21,904 bases of DNA, taken from positions 1 through 21,904 of the forward strand of contig JBCNVD010000028.1 in assembly GCA_039630345.1 (NCBI GenBank), written 5' to 3'. Positions 1 through 8,580 of this stretch are shown here, one piece after another. Origin of the DNA: Aquificaceae bacterium (GTDB lineage Bacteria; Aquificota; Aquificia; Aquificales; Aquificaceae). The notes under the pieces were generated by a model. That model saw nothing but the letters and a program-made list of their open reading frames with translations. It was not told the DNA's origin and did not search any database. How positions within the stretch are numbered: the first letter of the stretch is position 1; every line of letters begins with the position of its first letter. The position numbers were made by a program, and so were the translations under genes.

Positions 1-400
1 CGCGGCGTCGCGGGGTCAGGCTTTCGCCCATTGCCCACGATTCCCCACTGCTGCCCCCCGTAGGGGTGTGGGCCGTGTCTCAGTCCCACTGTGGCCGGAC
101 ACCCTCTCAGGCCGGCTACCCGTCATAGGCTTGGTAGGCCATTACCCCACCAACTACCTGATGGGCCGCGAGCCCCTCCCCAAGCGGCGACAGAGTCACC
201 TTTCACCAGCGCTCTTTGTGAGCGCGGGCTTTATGAGGTATTAGCCCGAGTTTCCCCGGGTTATCCCTCTCTCGGGGGCAGGTTACTCACGTGTTACTCA
301 CCCGTTTGCCGCTAAAGTGGCATAAACCACCCCGCTCGACTTGCATGTGTTAGGCGCGCCGCCAGCGTTCGCGCTGAGCCAGGATCAAACTCTTCAGAAA
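1..400 (-). rRNA. rrs: 16S rRNA gene, 5' part (runs off the window start)
   Basis: Reverse complement of the 27F site AGAGTTTGATCCTGGCTCAG at 374-393, followed by CGCGAACGCTGGCGGC...ACACATGCAAGTCG. The 338 region reads ACCCCTACGGGGGGCAGCAG (48-67), an Aquificota-type variant. The 5' end is estimated from E. coli numbering. Confidence 0.98.
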
Positions 401-440
401 AGCTCTTTAAAGCTTAACTGCCCGGGTCTTATTCCTCCTT

Positions 441-480
441 ATTCAGCTGTCAAGTTCTTCAGGGGCTTTATCCTCGCCCC
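441..480 (-). promoter_or_regulatory. rrn leader antitermination elements (boxB-like hairpin and boxA-like sequence)
   Basis: On the minus strand, a GGGGC-N9-GCCCC hairpin (462-480) is followed by GAACTTGACAGCTGAAT, resembling rrn boxA. It lies between the promoter and the 16S 5' end. Confidence 0.55.
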
Positions 481-492
481 AAGAGACTATAT

Positions 493-521
493 ATCTTATT
501 TCAAGGAAAAATTTCTGTCAA
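493..521 (-). promoter_or_regulatory. sigma70 promoter of the rRNA operon
   Basis: Minus strand TTGACA (516-521), 17 bp spacer, TAAGAT (493-498), about 90 nt upstream of the 16S gene. Confidence 0.88.
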
Positions 522-1045
522 GAGTTTAAGATGCCCATTAGAATGACATCAAGCCATCGACCGTCTTTGAAGACAAACTCTTTGAGCCTGCCCTCTTCCT
601 TAAAGCCAAAGCTCTTATAGAGCTCTATGGCGCGGACATTTCCTTCGATAACTTCAAGCTTGAGAGTGTGAAGAGATAAAACATCAAAGGCAAGCTCTAA
701 AAGAGCCTCAAGGAGCCTTTTACCAACGGAGAGTTTTTCAGGGTTTTTGTATAGACCGCAGAAGGAGTTTTTGTGGCGAAGGTCAAGGCGGTTTAGAGAT
801 ATAACCCCAAGCGGTGATTGACTTTCGTAAACTAAATAGTAGAAGTTCTTGCGGTCAGATTTAAGAGCGTTTAAAAACTCAAGGTGTTCCAAAGGAGTTA
901 TTTCATGGTCTGAATAAGACCATCTTCTTACATTTTCGCTATTTCGCCAAAGTCTTACCATCGATATTTCCACATCGCCAAGGTTTAGAAAATTTTTCAG
1001 GAAAACATTTTTCAAAGGCAAGTCAGATTTTAAAAGCTCTATCAT
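518..1045 (-). CDS. pseH: PseH-like GNAT N-acetyltransferase (UDP-4-amino-4,6-dideoxy-N-acetyl-beta-L-altrosamine N-acetyltransferase family)
   Basis: WRNSENVRRWSYSDHEIT..EHLEF is typical of PseH, and NVRAIELYKSFGFKEEG is a RimJ/RimL GNAT motif. Start moved from the GTG at 1054 to the ATG at 1045 because SD-like AGGTGA lies 5 nt upstream. Confidence 0.75.
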   Translation of the reverse strand: MIELLKSDLPLKNVFLKNFLNLGDVEISMVRLWRNSENVRRWSYSDHEITPLEHLEFLNALKSDRKNFYYLVYESQSPLGVISLNRLDLRHKNSFCGLYKNPEKLSVGKRLLEALLELAFDVLSLHTLKLEVIEGNVRAIELYKSFGFKEEGRLKEFVFKDGRWLDVILMGILNS

Positions 1046-1067
1046 GTCAATCACCTACAGAAGGGTT

Positions 1068-1077
1068 ATCTTAAGAT
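1068..1077. promoter_or_regulatory. Bidirectional -10 pair (TAAGAT on both strands) for pseH and leaderless glyA
   Basis: Palindrome ATCTTAAGAT. The plus-strand TAAGAT (1072-1077) is 6 nt before the glyA ATG, which has no SD. The same hexamer is used by the rrn promoter. Confidence 0.6.
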
Positions 1078-1083
1078 ATTTTT

Positions 1084-2334
1084 ATGAAAGAACTTATGGA
1101 AACTGACATAGAAGTTTATGAGGCCATAGCAAAAGAGAGAAAGCGCCAGAGAGAGCATCTTGAGATGATAGCCTCGGAAAATTATGCCTCAAAGGCGGTT
1201 ATGCAGGCTCAGGGGTCTTTGCTTACCAATAAGTATGCGGAAGGGCTCCCTTCAAAGAGATACTATGGCGGTTGCGAGTTTGTGGACATAGTTGAAAGCC
1301 TTGCCATAGAGCGTCTAAAGGCTCTTTACAGCGCAGAGCATGCAAATGTGCAGCCACACTCAGGCGCACAGGCAAACACGGCGGTATTTCTGGCTCTTTT
1401 AAACCCGGGCGATACCATTCTCGGCATGGATTTATCTCACGGAGGGCACTTAACTCACGGCTCAAAGGTAAACATCTCGGGCAAATACTTTAGAGCCTTT
1501 TACTATGGTTTAAACAAAGACACAGAGCTTATAGACTATGACGAGGTTGCCAAAATAGCAAGAGAAGTAAAGCCAAAGCTGATAATAGCGGGGGCTTCTT
1601 CATATCCAAGAATTATCGAATGGTGGAGGTTTGCTGAAATAGCGCAGGAAGTTGGCGCTACTTTAATGGTTGATATGGCTCACTATTCGGGATTAATAGC
1701 AGGGGGAGTATATCCAAGTCCAGTAGGATACGCAAAGGTCATTACCTCAACCACTCATAAAACCCTTAGAGGTCCAAGGGGGGGATTTATCCTTTGCACC
1801 AAAGAGCTCTCTAAAGAAATAGACAGGGCGGTCTTTCCCGGCACTCAGGGAGGGCCTTTGATGCATGTTATAGCTGCAAAGGCAGTTGCCTTTAAAGAAG
1901 CAATGAGCGAGGAGTTTAAGCTCTATGCAAAACAGGTAGTAAATAACGCAAGAGCTCTTGCCAGTGAGCTCATAAGCCTTGGGATGAGAGTAATAACTGG
2001 AGGGACTGATAGCCACATAGTTTTGATAGATTTAAGAAACCTTGGAATAACTGGCAAGGAGGCAGAGGATATTCTTGGAAAAGCCAACATAACCGTTAAC
2101 AAAAATGCAATTCCTTTTGACCCCTTGCCACCGAGTAAGACCAGCGGAATAAGACTTGGCACCGCGGCTTTAACCACCAGAGGGATGAAAGAAGAGCAAA
2201 TGGCGCTGATTGCAAGGCTCATTTACGAGGTTTTAAAATCCCCAGATGAGAAGACCATAGACAGAGTAAAACAGGCTGTTTTAGAGCTCTGCGAGGAATT
2301 TGACATTTACGAAAGCCAAGAAGCCAGCATCTAA
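1084..2334 (+). CDS. glyA: Serine hydroxymethyltransferase
   Basis: Motifs MIASEN, NKYAEG, YYGGCE, GGHLTHG and the PLP-lysine motif [12 protein letters not shown]. Confidence 0.98.
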   Translation: MKELMETDIEVYEAIAKERKRQREHLEMIASENYASKAVMQAQGSLLTNKYAEGLPSKRYYGGCEFVDIVESLAIERLKALYSAEHANVQPHSGAQANTAVFLALLNPGDTILGMDLSHGGHLTHGSKVNISGKYFRAFYYGLNKDTELIDYDEVAKIAREVKPKLIIAGASSYPRIIEWWRFAEIAQEVGATLMVDMAHYSGLIAGGVYPSPVGYAKVITSTTHKTLRGPRGGFILCTKELSKEIDRAVFPGTQGGPLMHVIAAKAVAFKEAMSEEFKLYAKQVVNNARALASELISLGMRVITGGTDSHIVLIDLRNLGITGKEAEDILGKANITVNKNAIPFDPLPPSKTSGIRLGTAALTTRGMKEEQMALIARLIYEVLKSPDEKTIDRVKQAVLELCEEFDIYESQEASI

Positions 2335-2344
2335 AAGGGGGGTA

Positions 2345-2364
2345 GCGGGGGGAATTCCCCCCGC
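2345..2364. terminator. GC-rich hairpin between convergent glyA and glcD-like genes, probable bidirectional terminator
   Basis: Perfect 20-bp palindrome GCGGGGGGAATTCCCCCCGC in the 33-bp gap. The flanking U-tracts are short. Confidence 0.7.
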
Positions 2365-2367
2365 GCT

Positions 2368-3729
2368 TTAGGTAAATACTTTACCGGGGTTGAAAAGGTT
2401 TTTGGGGTCGAAGAGTTTTTTTATCTCGAGCATGAGATTGTATCCAACCTCTCTGGCTTGCCATGGGAGAAATTTGCGCTTTGTTAGCCCAACGCCGTGT
2501 TCGCCGGTGATAGAGCCCCCGAGAGAGAGGGTTAGTTCAAAAAGCTCATCAACCAGAGTTTCGGCCCTGAGCTCTTCAGAGGGGTCGGATTTGTTATAGA
2601 GTATGTTTGCATGCAGGTTTCCGTCGCCTATGTGACCAAAGGTTACTATCTTTAGAGAGTATTTTTCAGAGAGGGCTTTTAAGCGCTCTAAAAACTCGCC
2701 AAGGCGCGAGCGGGGGACGACTATATCTTCGTTTATCTTGCCTGAGGCTATTCGGGCAAGGGCGGGACCTAGGCTTTTCCTTGCGCTCCAGAGAGTTTGC
2801 TGAGAAGAGCTATCAATTGCCAGTTTAAAATCCGACACATGGGGTTTAACAATCTTTTCAAGAAGCTCAAGCTGCTCTTTTAAAGAGCAGGGGCTTCCAT
2901 CTAGTTCTATAAGCAAAAGCGCTTTGGCTTTAGGCACCGGGGCATTGCTAAAGGCTCTTACTACAGATAGAGCCTCCTCGTCCATAAATTCAAGCGCGGA
3001 AGGAAATAGCCCGCCGGTTATTATGCTTGTGGTTGCCTCTGAAAGGCTCTTTATTGAGTCAAAAGTAAGAAGGGCGCTTGCCCTTGCCTGAGGCTTTGGA
3101 ATCAGCTTTAAAATAACGCCCGTTATAAGCCCAAGAGTTCCCTCAGAGCCTACAAGGAATTTGGTAAGGTCATAACCAGCGACATCTTTTATAACCGGTG
3201 CACCTGTTTTCAGGAGTTTTCCCTCTTTTATAACCGCATTAAGACCAAGGACATACTCTCTTGTTACGCCGTATTTGAAGCATCTTGGACCGCCTGCGTT
3301 TTCTGCAACATTTCCGCCTATGGTGGAATACCTGTAGGAAGAAGGGTCAGGAGGGTAGAAAAAGCCCATTGACTCTGCAACGTCCTGAAGGTGAGAGGTA
3401 ATAACCCCGGGCTGGGCAAAGGCAACGGCGTTTTCTCTATCGATTTCAAGGCGGTTCATCCTCTCAAAAGACACCACTATGCCCTTCTTTATAGGAACCG
3501 CGCCCCCTGTTAAGCCAGAGCCCGCGCCTCTTGGAAATATGGCTATGTCTCTTTCGTAGCAATAGCTGACTATTTTTATGACATCCTCTTCGCTCTTTGG
3601 CAAAACCACGCAAAGGGGCTTTTCTCTGGGGATTTTTATAGGCGTTGCGTCATAGGAATATAGCATCAAACTGGCTTCGTCTGTTAGAACCTCGCCATCT
3701 ATTAAAGACTGAAGCTCTTTAACGCTCAT
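2368..3729 (-). CDS. FAD-linked oxidase, GlcD / D-lactate dehydrogenase family
   Basis: Motifs PRGAGSGLTGG, YPPDPSS, STIGGNVAENAGG, KDVAGYDL, GSEGTLG, GHIGDGNLH, GEHGVG and FDPKNLFNPGK. Confidence 0.9.
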   Translation of the reverse strand: MSVKELQSLIDGEVLTDEASLMLYSYDATPIKIPREKPLCVVLPKSEEDVIKIVSYCYERDIAIFPRGAGSGLTGGAVPIKKGIVVSFERMNRLEIDRENAVAFAQPGVITSHLQDVAESMGFFYPPDPSSYRYSTIGGNVAENAGGPRCFKYGVTREYVLGLNAVIKEGKLLKTGAPVIKDVAGYDLTKFLVGSEGTLGLITGVILKLIPKPQARASALLTFDSIKSLSEATTSIITGGLFPSALEFMDEEALSVVRAFSNAPVPKAKALLLIELDGSPCSLKEQLELLEKIVKPHVSDFKLAIDSSSQQTLWSARKSLGPALARIASGKINEDIVVPRSRLGEFLERLKALSEKYSLKIVTFGHIGDGNLHANILYNKSDPSEELRAETLVDELFELTLSLGGSITGEHGVGLTKRKFLPWQAREVGYNLMLEIKKLFDPKNLFNPGKVFT

Positions 3730-3740
3730 TAGAAAATAAT

Positions 3741-4373
3741 TTAATCGCCACAGCGAAGGACGCGGGCCTGTACTTGCACGACCCCATCTTTTAGCATATC
3801 GATTCTTCTTGCAGCTTCGTAGGATAGATCCAGCACCCTTCCGGGCTTAAATGGGCCTCTATCCACGACTTTTACCTTAACCTCAAGGCCGTTTTTGAGG
3901 TTTTTAACAATCAACTCAGAGCCAAGCGGGACATCTTTGCTTGCGGCATATAGCCCATACATATCAAACTCAATCCCGTAGGAGGTTCTTTTCCCATGAT
4001 GCGCATGAGAGTAGTAGCTTGCAAGTCCTTCTATGACTGAAGGGCAATCCTTGATATTGTCAATGCCGCACCTTAGAACCTCAACCCTGGCCCTGAATGG
4101 CTCTTTTGAGAGGTAAGAAAAAACCCTCTCAGGAAGGCACAGCTCTGAAACAGATGGGTCTTTATAAACCGCCAATGTAGCCGACCTGCCATTTATGGGG
4201 TTTGTGACCTTTATCCTGCTACCGCTTTGCAAATTAGGGGCAAAAGCTCTATCGCCTGGGCAAGACCTTGCAAGCAAAATAAGAGTTTGAGGACACTCGG
4301 CAGATAGACCACTCTGGGAAGATATCGGAGCACAGGAAAATACCAAAAAACAAAGAAGAACTATCCCCCTCAC
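3741..4373 (-). CDS. rlpA: RlpA-family lipoprotein (septal ring lytic transglycosylase, DPBB domain)
   Basis: Lipobox VFSC. The C-terminal RlpA domain reads GLASYY..HG..T..G..FDM..AAS...DRGPF..GRVLDLS..AA. GTG start. Confidence 0.88.
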   Translation of the reverse strand: MRGIVLLCFLVFSCAPISSQSGLSAECPQTLILLARSCPGDRAFAPNLQSGSRIKVTNPINGRSATLAVYKDPSVSELCLPERVFSYLSKEPFRARVEVLRCGIDNIKDCPSVIEGLASYYSHAHHGKRTSYGIEFDMYGLYAASKDVPLGSELIVKNLKNGLEVKVKVVDRGPFKPGRVLDLSYEAARRIDMLKDGVVQVQARVLRCGD

Positions 4374-4391
4374 TTAAAGAGATTTTATATC

Positions 4392-4413
4392 AAAACCGCG
4401 CCCTTCGGGCGCG
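4392..4413 (-). terminator. Rho-independent terminator of the fasciclin gene
   Basis: Minus strand CGCGCCC-GAA-GGGCGCG followed by GTTTT, 7 nt after the stop codon. Confidence 0.75.
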
Positions 4414-4420
4414 AGATTAT

Positions 4421-4915
4421 TTATTTAGGCATTATGACAGTGTCAATTACGTGAATTACGCCGTTTGAGGCCTCAACATCAGTTTTAACTATCTTGGCGC
4501 TGTCTATTTTTGCCCCGTCTTTTAAGCTAATGGTTGCGGATTGACCCTGGACGGTTTTGACCTTTTGACCTTCTTTCAGGTCTTTAGAGTAGACTTTGCC
4601 CTCAACGACATGGTAAAGCAGGACTTTTTTAAGCTCTTCTTTGTTTTTAAGCAGTGCATCGAGCTTATCTTTGGGAACTTTTGCAAATGCCTCGTCGGTT
4701 GGAGCAAAGACAGTAAAGCAGCATTTATTTGCAAGGGTTTCCTCAAGGCCTGCCTCTTTGACTGCGTTCAGGAGAGTTTTAAACTGACCTGCTTGCTGAG
4801 CTGTCTGGACTATGTTGGCTTTTGCTTGAGTAGCTCCAGCTTGCTTTGCGTCTTTTCCGCTCGTGGCAAAGCCAAGTGCGACCACACTTATTGCTGCAAC
4901 GGCAAGCTTTCTCAT
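4421..4915 (-). CDS. Secreted fasciclin (FAS1) domain protein
   Basis: Signal peptide, plus FAS1 motifs FTVFAPTDEAF, LLYHVV and ASNGVIHVIDTV. Strong SD AGGAGGTG at 4921-4928. Confidence 0.95.
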   Translation of the reverse strand: MRKLAVAAISVVALGFATSGKDAKQAGATQAKANIVQTAQQAGQFKTLLNAVKEAGLEETLANKCCFTVFAPTDEAFAKVPKDKLDALLKNKEELKKVLLYHVVEGKVYSKDLKEGQKVKTVQGQSATISLKDGAKIDSAKIVKTDVEASNGVIHVIDTVIMPK

Positions 4916-4941
4916 AGCTTCACCTCCTTGGGTTTTGAGTA

Positions 4942-4969
4942 ATTATAAGTGATACGCAAAGTCAAACAA
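4942..4969 (-). promoter_or_regulatory. Putative sigma70 promoter of the fasciclin gene
   Basis: Minus strand TTGTTT, 16 bp spacer, TATAAT (4942-4947), upstream of the SD. Confidence 0.5.
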
Positions 4970-5009
4970 TTACCTTTTGGGCATTTTAAAGTAGATTTTT
5001 GAGCTTTCA

Positions 5010-6854
5010 TCAGTCTTCCAGCGTGGATGTGTCTCCAACATCCTGGCCTTTTTCAATCGCTCTTAGGATTCTTCGCATTATCTTGCCGCTTCTGGTTTTT
5101 GGAAGCTTTTGCACAAACTCCACTTCCTCAATGACAGCCACTGCACCAAGGACATTCCTGACATGGTTTTTAAGCTCTTTAGAGAGCTCTTCAGAAGGCA
5201 AGTGTCCCTCGCGAAGGATTACAAAGGCTTTTATTACCTCTCCTTTAACCTCGTGGGGCTTTCCGACAACCGCCGCTTCCGCAACCGCAGGGTGACTGAC
5301 AAGGGCGCTCTCGACTTCCATGGTGCCAATTCTGTGACCTGCAACCTTTAAAACATCGTCCGCTCTTCCAAGAATCATGATGTAACCATCTTGGTCGCGA
5401 ACCGCTATGTCTCCGGTGAAGTAGACATTACCCGGAATTATGCTGAAATATTCCTGGTATCTGTTAGGCTCATTAAAGCAGTCTCTAAACATGCTGGGCC
5501 AGGGTTTTGTAATAACCAAATATCCAGGGGTGTCTGGCGGGAGTTCTTTCCCCTCCTCGTCCACCACTTTTGCCTCTATGCCAAAGTAGGGCTTTCCCGC
5601 CATCCCGGGTTTTGCAGGATAAGAAGGAATCGTCGTAATCATATGAGCGCCAGTTTCTGTTTGCCACCAGGTATCCACAACCGCACAGCGCTCAAGACCG
5701 ACATTTTTGTAATACCAGAGCCACGCTTCGGGGTTTATAGGCTCTCCAACAGTTCCTATGACCCTTAGCGACGAGAGGTCTATACCTTTTAAAAACCCCT
5801 CTCCGTGGCGCATAAACATCCTTATCGCAGTCGGGGCAGTGTAAAAGACATTAACGCCATATCGCTCTATGATTTCAAACCACCGCCTTATACTTGGATA
5901 GTCAGGGGCTCCCTGGGCTATTACGCTCGTGATTCCATTTAGCAACGGTCCATAAACTAAATAGCTATGGCCGGTAATCCAGCCAACATCCGCAGTGCAA
6001 AAGTAAATGTCGTTTTTATCAAGGTCAAAAGTAAGTTTCGTAGAGAGGTATACCCCGGTCATATACCCGCCTGTGGTGTGGAGAATGCCTTTTGGTTTAC
6101 CGGTAGTTCCTGAAGTGTAGAGGATAAAAAGAGGGTCTTCTGAGTCTACAGAAGAAGCTTCCACAGGATTTGACTTAAGAAGACTTTCGAAACTTATTAA
6201 ATTTTCAGGGCACTTGCCAGAGACTATTATGTGCTTTACGAAATTCAACTCTTTGGTCGCTTCTAAAACAACTCCGAGTGTGTCTATCTGTTTCCCTCTT
6301 CTTTTTATGTAAGAAGAGGTAATAACCACCTTTGCAAGTGCATCCTCTATGCGGGTTTTTAGAGCCTGATGGCTAAAACCTGCAAAAACGACGCTATGGA
6401 CTGCGCCAATCCTTGCGCAGGCAAGCATTGCGATGATTGCTTCTATGCTCGAAGGCATGTATATGCAAACCCTGTCACCTTTTTTAACCCCAAGGGATAA
6501 AAGCCCGCCTGCAAAGGAGCTAACAAGGTTTTTAAGCTCGCCGAAGGTGATTTTGCTCTCGTTTCCGTCTTCGTCGACAATTATGTATGCTACCTTGTTT
6601 CTAAAATCGTTTAAGTTTCTATCAAGGCAGTTATAAGAGATGTTTGTTTTGCCGTTTAAAAACCACTTTGCTCTTGGAAAGTTCCATTCAAGAACCCTGT
6701 CAAATGGCTCAAACCAGAAGAGCTCCTTTGCCACTGAGGACCAAAAGCCCTCAGGGTCAGAGATGGACTTTTGATAAAGCGCTTCAAAGTCCTGAACCTG
6801 AGCCTTTTGAAGGACTCTTTGAGGCGGATAGAATGTTTGCTCAACCTTTAACAC
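5010..6854 (-). CDS. acs: Acetyl-CoA synthetase (AMP-forming)
   Basis: Motifs YTSGTTGKPKG, TADVGWITGHSY, VGEPINPEAW, DTWWQTETG and LPKTRSGKIMRR. Start moved to the GTG at 6854 because SD GGAGGT lies 6 nt upstream. The ORF-track TTG at 6869 sits upstream of that SD. Confidence 0.96.
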   Translation of the reverse strand: MLKVEQTFYPPQRVLQKAQVQDFEALYQKSISDPEGFWSSVAKELFWFEPFDRVLEWNFPRAKWFLNGKTNISYNCLDRNLNDFRNKVAYIIVDEDGNESKITFGELKNLVSSFAGGLLSLGVKKGDRVCIYMPSSIEAIIAMLACARIGAVHSVVFAGFSHQALKTRIEDALAKVVITSSYIKRRGKQIDTLGVVLEATKELNFVKHIIVSGKCPENLISFESLLKSNPVEASSVDSEDPLFILYTSGTTGKPKGILHTTGGYMTGVYLSTKLTFDLDKNDIYFCTADVGWITGHSYLVYGPLLNGITSVIAQGAPDYPSIRRWFEIIERYGVNVFYTAPTAIRMFMRHGEGFLKGIDLSSLRVIGTVGEPINPEAWLWYYKNVGLERCAVVDTWWQTETGAHMITTIPSYPAKPGMAGKPYFGIEAKVVDEEGKELPPDTPGYLVITKPWPSMFRDCFNEPNRYQEYFSIIPGNVYFTGDIAVRDQDGYIMILGRADDVLKVAGHRIGTMEVESALVSHPAVAEAAVVGKPHEVKGEVIKAFVILREGHLPSEELSKELKNHVRNVLGAVAVIEEVEFVQKLPKTRSGKIMRRILRAIEKGQDVGDTSTLED

Positions 6855-6881
6855 TTTCAAACCTCCCAAGATATAATCTTA
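6848..6881. promoter_or_regulatory. Overlapping divergent promoters for acs and ffh
   Basis: Plus strand: TTAACA (6848-6853), 18 bp, TATAAT (6872-6877), 8 nt before the ffh ATG with no SD. Minus strand: TAAGAT (6876-6881) just upstream of the acs SD. Confidence 0.6.
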
Positions 6882-6885
6882 AGAT

Positions 6886-8172
6886 ATGCTGGAAAATTTA
6901 ACACGAAAGGTAAGCGGGGCTTTTGAAAAGCTAAGGTCTTTTAGAAAAGTTGGAGAAAAGCAGATAAATGATGCCATAAGAGACTTAAGAGTCGCCCTTA
7001 TAGAGGCGGATGTAGAATACGGTGTGGTTAAAGACCTCCTTAAGCGCCTGAGAGAAAGAGCCCTTAAAGAGCAGGGACTTAATTCAGACGCTCTCATGAT
7101 GCTCTTATACGAAGAGCTCTTAAACACCCTTGGCTCTGAATCAAAAGAGCTAAAAAAGGGCATTTTAATGATGGTTGGGCTTCAGGGAACTGGCAAAACC
7201 ACAACAGCTGCAAAGCTAGCGCTGCATCTTAAAGAAAAAGGTTATAAGCTCCTGGTTTGTTCAACAGACACTAGAAGACCTGCTGCTATCTTGCAGCTTG
7301 AGCGACTTTGTGAAAAAATCGGGGTTGAGTTTTTGAAAGCAAAAGAAGAAGACTCTATCTCAATTGCCAAGAGAGCACTTTCAGAGTCTAAAAACTACGA
7401 CTTTACATTGCTTGATACAGCCGGAAGACTTCACATAGACCAGGAGCTTATGCAGGAGCTTGAAAGCATCAAAAACATCGTCAAGCCCTCAGAGGTTATA
7501 TATGTAGCGGACGCGATGCAGGGGCAAACTGGTTTAGAGTCCGCAAAGGCCTTTCACGAAAAGCTTGGCTTGACAGGCCTTATAGTTACAAAAATGGATG
7601 GTGATGCAAGAGGCGGGATAGTTTTGTCGGTCCGTGCCTCTTTGGGGGTTGGGATAAAGTTTATCGGCGTTGGCGAAAAACTTGAAGAATTAGAGCCATT
7701 TTATCCAGATAGAATAGCCCAGCGCATAATAGGTCTTGGGGACATCCAGAGCCTGGCAGAAAGAGCTCGCAAGGCAATGCCAGAAGACGAAGCTCAGAGC
7801 CTTGCAATGAAAGTCCTTAAAGGAGAACTGGACCTTGAAGATATGCTAAAGCAAATAAGGTTTATCAAAAATATGGGCCCTATAGAAAAGCTGGTAGGGA
7901 TGTTGCCAGGGGTAGGAGCACAGCTAAAAGATATCAAAGTGGATGAAAAACTCATTAAAAAGACCGAGGCTATTATCCTTTCAATGACCAAGCAAGAGCG
8001 CAAAAATCCGCACATAATAAACATGAGCAGAAAAATAAGAATCGCCAAAGGCTCGGGAACAAGCGTTTCAGATGTCAATAGAGTGCTTAAAGACTACGAA
8101 AAGATGAAAAAAATGATAAGAAAACTAAAAAGCACTCCCGGTATCGGTCCATTCCCGAAATTCCCAATGTAA
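6886..8172 (+). CDS. ffh: Signal recognition particle protein Ffh
   Basis: Motifs GLQGTGKTTT, DTAGR, TKMDGDARGG and IGVGEK, plus a Met-rich M domain with IILSMT..ER and RIAKGSG. Confidence 0.97.
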   Translation: MLENLTRKVSGAFEKLRSFRKVGEKQINDAIRDLRVALIEADVEYGVVKDLLKRLRERALKEQGLNSDALMMLLYEELLNTLGSESKELKKGILMMVGLQGTGKTTTAAKLALHLKEKGYKLLVCSTDTRRPAAILQLERLCEKIGVEFLKAKEEDSISIAKRALSESKNYDFTLLDTAGRLHIDQELMQELESIKNIVKPSEVIYVADAMQGQTGLESAKAFHEKLGLTGLIVTKMDGDARGGIVLSVRASLGVGIKFIGVGEKLEELEPFYPDRIAQRIIGLGDIQSLAERARKAMPEDEAQSLAMKVLKGELDLEDMLKQIRFIKNMGPIEKLVGMLPGVGAQLKDIKVDEKLIKKTEAIILSMTKQERKNPHIINMSRKIRIAKGSGTSVSDVNRVLKDYEKMKKMIRKLKSTPGIGPFPKFPM

Positions 8173-8580
8173 GCAAAACTCCTTATGTGGTTTTAATAAC
8201 TCAAAAAGCTCGTGATTTTTAACTTTGCCCATCTGAAAGTGCCAGAGAGCATCGCAGGGCTTTTGTAGCATATAGTAGCTATATGAGAGGTTGTTGCGAA
8301 TGTCTTGATTGTCTTTTAGCTCAAGAACTCTCTCCAGGGTTTTAATGGCATCTTCAAACCTTCCAGCGCTTGCATAAAGAGTGCCAAGGTTATAAAGAGC
8401 CTTCCAGTTTTTGGGGTCTTTTTTAATAGCTCTTTGATAGTGATAGCTGGCGCTTCTGTAGTCAGAATTAGTATGGTAAATATAACCAAGCTGGAAGCTC
8501 TCCTCTGCGCTAAGGGGGTCTTTGACAATTAAAACATGAGCGCAGGAAGATATAAAAAAAGCTAAAAGCACCAAAATCAC
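8125..8580 (-). CDS. TPR-repeat lipoprotein
   Basis: TPR helices (FQLGYIY...YQRAIKKDPKNWKALYNLG...NNLS). A hydrophobic stretch and lipobox ISSC follow if translation starts at the GTG at 8580, which overlaps the upstream stop as GTGA. Confidence 0.75.
   Translation of the reverse strand: MILVLLAFFISSCAHVLIVKDPLSAEESFQLGYIYHTNSDYRSASYHYQRAIKKDPKNWKALYNLGTLYASAGRFEDAIKTLERVLELKDNQDIRNNLSYSYYMLQKPCDALWHFQMGKVKNHELFELLKPHKEFCLHWEFREWTDTGSAF

Noticed and set aside
91..529. ORFs 91..315 and 341..529 (+)
   Set aside because: They are antisense to the 16S rRNA gene and its leader, a classic source of spurious ORFs.
4948..4969. Possible FNR/CRP site (TTGAC...ATCAC) upstream of the fasciclin gene
   Set aside because: The half-site spacing does not match TTGAT-N4-ATCAA or TGTGA-N6-TCACA.
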